Source: Pseudomonadota bacterium (GTDB taxonomy: Bacteria; Desulfobacterota; Desulfobacteria; Desulfobacterales; JBDRRP01). Taken from it: a stretch of DNA of 20,565 nucleotides. Below are positions 17,646 through 20,565 of the stretch, one piece after another (positions within the stretch are counted from its first letter, which is position 1; each line of letters starts with the position of its first letter). The position numbers and the translations under genes are program-made. Under the pieces are notes generated by a model. That model did not search any database and had not been told where the DNA came from. It was given only the letters and a program-made list of their open reading frames with translations. The stretch covers positions 62,001 through 82,565 of the forward strand of contig JBDRRP010000125.1 of NCBI GenBank assembly GCA_043825735.1, read 5' to 3'.

Positions 17646-17741
17646 ACCACAGAGGACACGGAGGACACGGAGGACACGGAGATTTTATAATCAAAATCAG
17701 AACCTTTTGAATTTCTCCGTGCTCTCCGTGCACTCCGTGGT
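17646..17741. repeat. CACGGAG-unit palindrome, copy D (four units in the left arm)
   Basis: ACCACAGAGGACACGGAGGACACGGAGGACACGGAGA, 31-nt spacer, TCTCCGTGCTCTCCGTGCACTCCGTGGT. Confidence 0.9.
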
Positions 17742-17795
17742 GGATCGAGATTTTTCGGTTTTCGGACAACCCAATCTGAACCATCGGATAGTATC

Positions 17796-18506
17796 ATGAC
17801 CAACCAATGCTATGACCAAGCCCGCTACCGCCTTGCCGGCGACTGCGGGCTGCTCGTGGAATACGGCGAGGGCATCGCCCCGGATGTCAACGCCAAGGTC
17901 CGGGCCATGGCCGCCATCGTGGCCGGTGAGGCCTTTGACGGTGTCCGCGAGTGCATCCCCACCTACCGGTCCCTGCTGCTGGTCTACGATCCGGCGGTCA
18001 CCGACCCGGCGGCCTTGACGGCCCGCCTTGAAGCGCTCGAATCCCAGTGGACCGCTATTGATATCCCGCAGCCGGTCACCGTTGAAATTCCGGTCTGCTA
18101 CGGCGGCGATTACGGCCCCGACATCGAGACGGTGGCCGGTAGCAGCGGGATTTCGGTCGCGGACGTCATCCGCCTTCACAGCGAAACGCTCTACGCCATT
18201 TACATGATCGGCTTTACCCCGGGCTTTCCATTTCTGGGCGGCCTGCCGCCGGCGCTTCACACACCGCGGCTGAAAACCCCCCGGACTCATGTGCCGATGG
18301 GCTCGGTCGGGATCGCCAACGATCAGACCGGCATCTACCCGGTGGCCAGCCCCGGCGGATGGCAGCTCATCGGGCGCACCCCGCTGCGGCTGTTTCGCCC
18401 CGAGGCGCAAATGCCCTTTCTTTACCGCACCGGCGACCGGATTCGTTTTGTCCCCATCACGCCGGAGCACTACGCCGAACTGGCGGACAGGGAAAGGGGG
18501 GCCTGA
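17796..18506 (+). CDS. pxpB: 5-oxoprolinase subunit B / KipI / carboxyltransferase subdomain C-D protein
   Basis: IPTYRSLLL.YDP, EIPVCYGGDYGPDI, IGFTPGFPFLGGL, TGIYPVASPGGWQLIGRTP. Confidence 0.93.
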   Translation: MTNQCYDQARYRLAGDCGLLVEYGEGIAPDVNAKVRAMAAIVAGEAFDGVRECIPTYRSLLLVYDPAVTDPAALTARLEALESQWTAIDIPQPVTVEIPVCYGGDYGPDIETVAGSSGISVADVIRLHSETLYAIYMIGFTPGFPFLGGLPPALHTPRLKTPRTHVPMGSVGIANDQTGIYPVASPGGWQLIGRTPLRLFRPEAQMPFLYRTGDRIRFVPITPEHYAELADRERGA

Positions 18507-19447
18507 TGAATCTTTGCACCGTTCACGTGCCCGGCGCCTTCACCACCGTTCAGGATCTGGGGCGCTTTGGCTACCAGCAGATGGGGATACCCGTTTCCGG
18601 GGCGTTGGACGCGGCCGCCTGCCGGGTGGCGAACCTTCTGGTGGGAAACTCCGAGACCGCCGCCGTTCTGGAGTTGACCATCACCGGACCCAAACTGGCG
18701 TTCATGGCCGAGACCGCCGTGGCCCTTACCGGCGCCGAGATGGGGATGTTCATCAACGGATCGCCCGCGGCGAGCTGGCACGCCCACCGCCTGAAACCCG
18801 GCGACATGCTGGAAATCCGCCAGGTGACCCGCGGCTGCAGGGGTTATCTGGCCGTTTCCGGCGGCATCCAGGTGCCCCCGGTCATGGGCAGCCGCGCTAC
18901 CTACGTGGGCGGCGCCCTGGGCGGTTTCAACGGAAGACCGCTGAAGGCCGGCGATGTGCTTCCGGGAAGTCCGGCTCCGGCGCTGCCGCCGCCGAGGGGG
19001 ATACCGAAAGAATGGATCCCCGAACACGGAAAGGATATCCTCCTGCGGGTGGTCCCCGGCCCCCAGGACGATTTCTTCGATGCCGGCATGAAGACCTTGC
19101 TGTCTTCGGCCTTCATGGTGACCCCCAAGGCCGATCGTATGGGCTACCGGCTTCAGGGCCCGGAAATCCGGCGCCGGGCCGATGCACCGGCCAGCATCGT
19201 CAGCGAGCCGAGCATGCCCGGCGGCATCCAGATTCCGGCGGACAATCAGCCCATCATCCTCCTGGTGGAGCAGACTGTGGGCGGGTACGCCAAGATCGCC
19301 ACGGTGATTTCAACGGACCTGCCGCGGCTGGCCCAGGCCACCCCCGGCGATACGGTGACCTTCGAACAAATCACCCTCGAAGCCGCCCATGGCCGGTATC
19401 GCGAGCAGGAAGACCGGCTGCGGAAAATCGCCGGTTTATTTATATAA
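18506..19447 (+). CDS. pxpC: 5-oxoprolinase subunit C / KipA / carboxyltransferase subdomain A-B protein
   Basis: TTVQDLGRFGY..G..SGALD, ANLLVGN, GCRGYLAVSGG, DRMGYRL, QTVGGYAKIA; ATG at 18506 overlaps the pxpB stop. Confidence 0.93.
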   Translation: MNLCTVHVPGAFTTVQDLGRFGYQQMGIPVSGALDAAACRVANLLVGNSETAAVLELTITGPKLAFMAETAVALTGAEMGMFINGSPAASWHAHRLKPGDMLEIRQVTRGCRGYLAVSGGIQVPPVMGSRATYVGGALGGFNGRPLKAGDVLPGSPAPALPPPRGIPKEWIPEHGKDILLRVVPGPQDDFFDAGMKTLLSSAFMVTPKADRMGYRLQGPEIRRRADAPASIVSEPSMPGGIQIPADNQPIILLVEQTVGGYAKIATVISTDLPRLAQATPGDTVTFEQITLEAAHGRYREQEDRLRKIAGLFI

Positions 19448-19457
19448 AGGCATATTC

Positions 19458-19541
19458 ACCACGGAGTCACGGAGAACACGGAGAAAATCAAAAGCAGTTA
19501 AGTTTTTAAAAAAATCTCCGTGTCCTCCGTGTCTCCGTGGT
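19458..19541. repeat. CACGGAG-unit palindrome, copy E (opposite orientation to C and D)
   Basis: ACCACGGAGTCACGGAGAACACGGAGA, 30-nt spacer, TCTCCGTGTCCTCCGTGTCTCCGTGGT. Reverse complement of the spacer shares AACTGCTTTTGATT with copy C. Confidence 0.9.
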
Positions 19542-19572
19542 TCAATATCGAATTTACCAGAGGAGAAAAAGC

Positions 19573-20358
19573 ATGGACACCACCGTCTGGTTGCATGAAA
19601 TGACATGGGAAGAGGTCAAAACGGCGACCACTGCCGCCCGCGGCACGATCATCATTCCGGTGGGCAGTACCGAGCAGCACGGACCGCATCTTCCGGTGGG
19701 CACCGATACCCTGGTGGCCCTCACCCTGGCCGAAGACGCGGCCCGGCAGACCGGTGTGCCGGTGGCGCCGCCCCTGTGGTTCGGCTGGAGCCCCCACCAT
19801 CTGGTGCTGCCCGGCACCATCACCATCCGGGCGGAGGTGCTCATCGAGCTGGCGTCCGACATCGTCGGCTCCCTGAGCCGCCACGGCTTCGACAAGTTCG
19901 TGTTCGTCAACGGCCACCGCATCGTCAATGTCACCTGGCTGCAGATCGTGGGGGAGCGCGTCAAGCGGGAGCTGGGCGTGACCGCGGTCATCTTCGATCC
20001 GGCTTACATGTCCAAGTCCATCGTCAAGGAAATGGGCTGGGGCGCCGTAGGACACGCCGAAGAAATCGAAGGCTCCCATATGTGGTACCGCTACCCCGAG
20101 CTGGTGAAAATGGACCGCGCCGTGGACAACCCGCACCCGCCGCGCGAGCTCTACAGCGTGGACCCGGCATACGCCGGCGACACCCTGTGCTATGTGCCCA
20201 GCAACGAAAAGGAGATGGCCCCACAGGTGACCGCTGCCGGTGGTACTACCGGCACCCCCAGCAAAGCCACCCGCGACGGCGGCAAATGCTACCACGAACA
20301 CCTGGTGGAACGGCTCGCCGCAGTGATACGGACGCTCCAGCAGCCTACTGCCGGGTAG
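19573..20358 (+). CDS. creatininase/MftE-family amidohydrolase
   Basis: EMTWEEV, PVGSTEQHGPHLPVGTD, PGTI, VNGH, HAEEIE; AGGAG RBS before ATG 19573. Confidence 0.92.
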   Translation: MDTTVWLHEMTWEEVKTATTAARGTIIIPVGSTEQHGPHLPVGTDTLVALTLAEDAARQTGVPVAPPLWFGWSPHHLVLPGTITIRAEVLIELASDIVGSLSRHGFDKFVFVNGHRIVNVTWLQIVGERVKRELGVTAVIFDPAYMSKSIVKEMGWGAVGHAEEIEGSHMWYRYPELVKMDRAVDNPHPPRELYSVDPAYAGDTLCYVPSNEKEMAPQVTAAGGTTGTPSKATRDGGKCYHEHLVERLAAVIRTLQQPTAG

Positions 20359-20410
20359 CAGCGGGCGGAGCGGTCCCGGCTCCAGACCTCATCACTTTGT
20401 TCCGATTTCC

Positions 20411-20435
20411 GTCATCCCGGCGACGGCCGGGATCC
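20411..20435 (+). repeat. REP/dRS3-like hairpin at the intron insertion site
   Basis: GTC-ATCCCGGC-gacg-GCCGGGAT-CC, an 8-bp perfect stem with a 4-nt loop and no poly-T tail. Confidence 0.65.
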
Positions 20436-20565
20436 GTGCGCCTGCGAGCAGGTGCAATCAGTGAGGTGAGAGTCCTCACCCGGGAGATGCCCGTTCCCGG
20501 TAGCTGAAGGTAACTGCGTCACCGTGAGGTGGGGTGGAGAGCAACCGGAGGCGAACACGCAGTCC
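20436..20565 (+). mobile_element. 5' end (domain I start) of a group II intron, probably IIC-like; continues beyond the window
   Basis: Begins GTGCG; early hairpin GCGCCTGC-ga-GCAGGTGC; GTGAGG-TGAGAGT-CCTCAC matches the GGTGA(G/A)AGTCC motif of intron domain I; followed by CACC-GTGA-GGTG GNRA hairpin; starts 2 nt after a stem-loop. Confidence 0.8.

Noticed and set aside
16683..19541. CACGGAG repeats as a CRISPR array or as Rho-independent terminators
   Set aside because: Copies are dispersed between genes, spacers are related to each other rather than unique, there are no cas genes, and there are no U-tracts after the stems.

Overview
GC-rich bacterial chromosomal segment; gene content and repeat style suggest a Desulfobacterales-like anaerobe (inference). 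Left half: the 5' part of a DUF3683-type FAD-binding oxidoreductase (minus strand, runs off the window); a deletion-condensed chimeric pseudogene (NAD-dependent epimerase/reductase fragments fused to a TetR C-terminal domain) whose promoter and operator-like palindromes are still intact; an 89-aa hypothetical; an acyl-CoA ligase; a small secreted protein with a candidate sigma54 promoter; an alpha/beta hydrolase; a PAS-containing hybrid histidine kinase; and a long KamA-family radical-SAM aminomutase carrying the Lys/Asn substrate signature of glutamate 2,3-aminomutase. Right half: a divergent catabolic locus with biotin carrier plus biotin carboxylase on the minus strand and GntR, TRAP dctPQM, pxpA, pxpB, pxpC and a creatininase-family amidohydrolase on the plus strand. 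Together these supply all parts of a split urea-carboxylase-like enzyme plus two amide hydrolases, for an unknown lactam or amide substrate. Five oriented palindromes built from 9-bp CAC(A/G)GAG units sit in intergenic gaps, two of them inside a ~133-bp MITE-like shell, and a nested hairpin element separates the biotin carrier and biotin carboxylase genes. The window ends in the 5' end of a group II intron inserted directly after a REP/dRS3-like hairpin.
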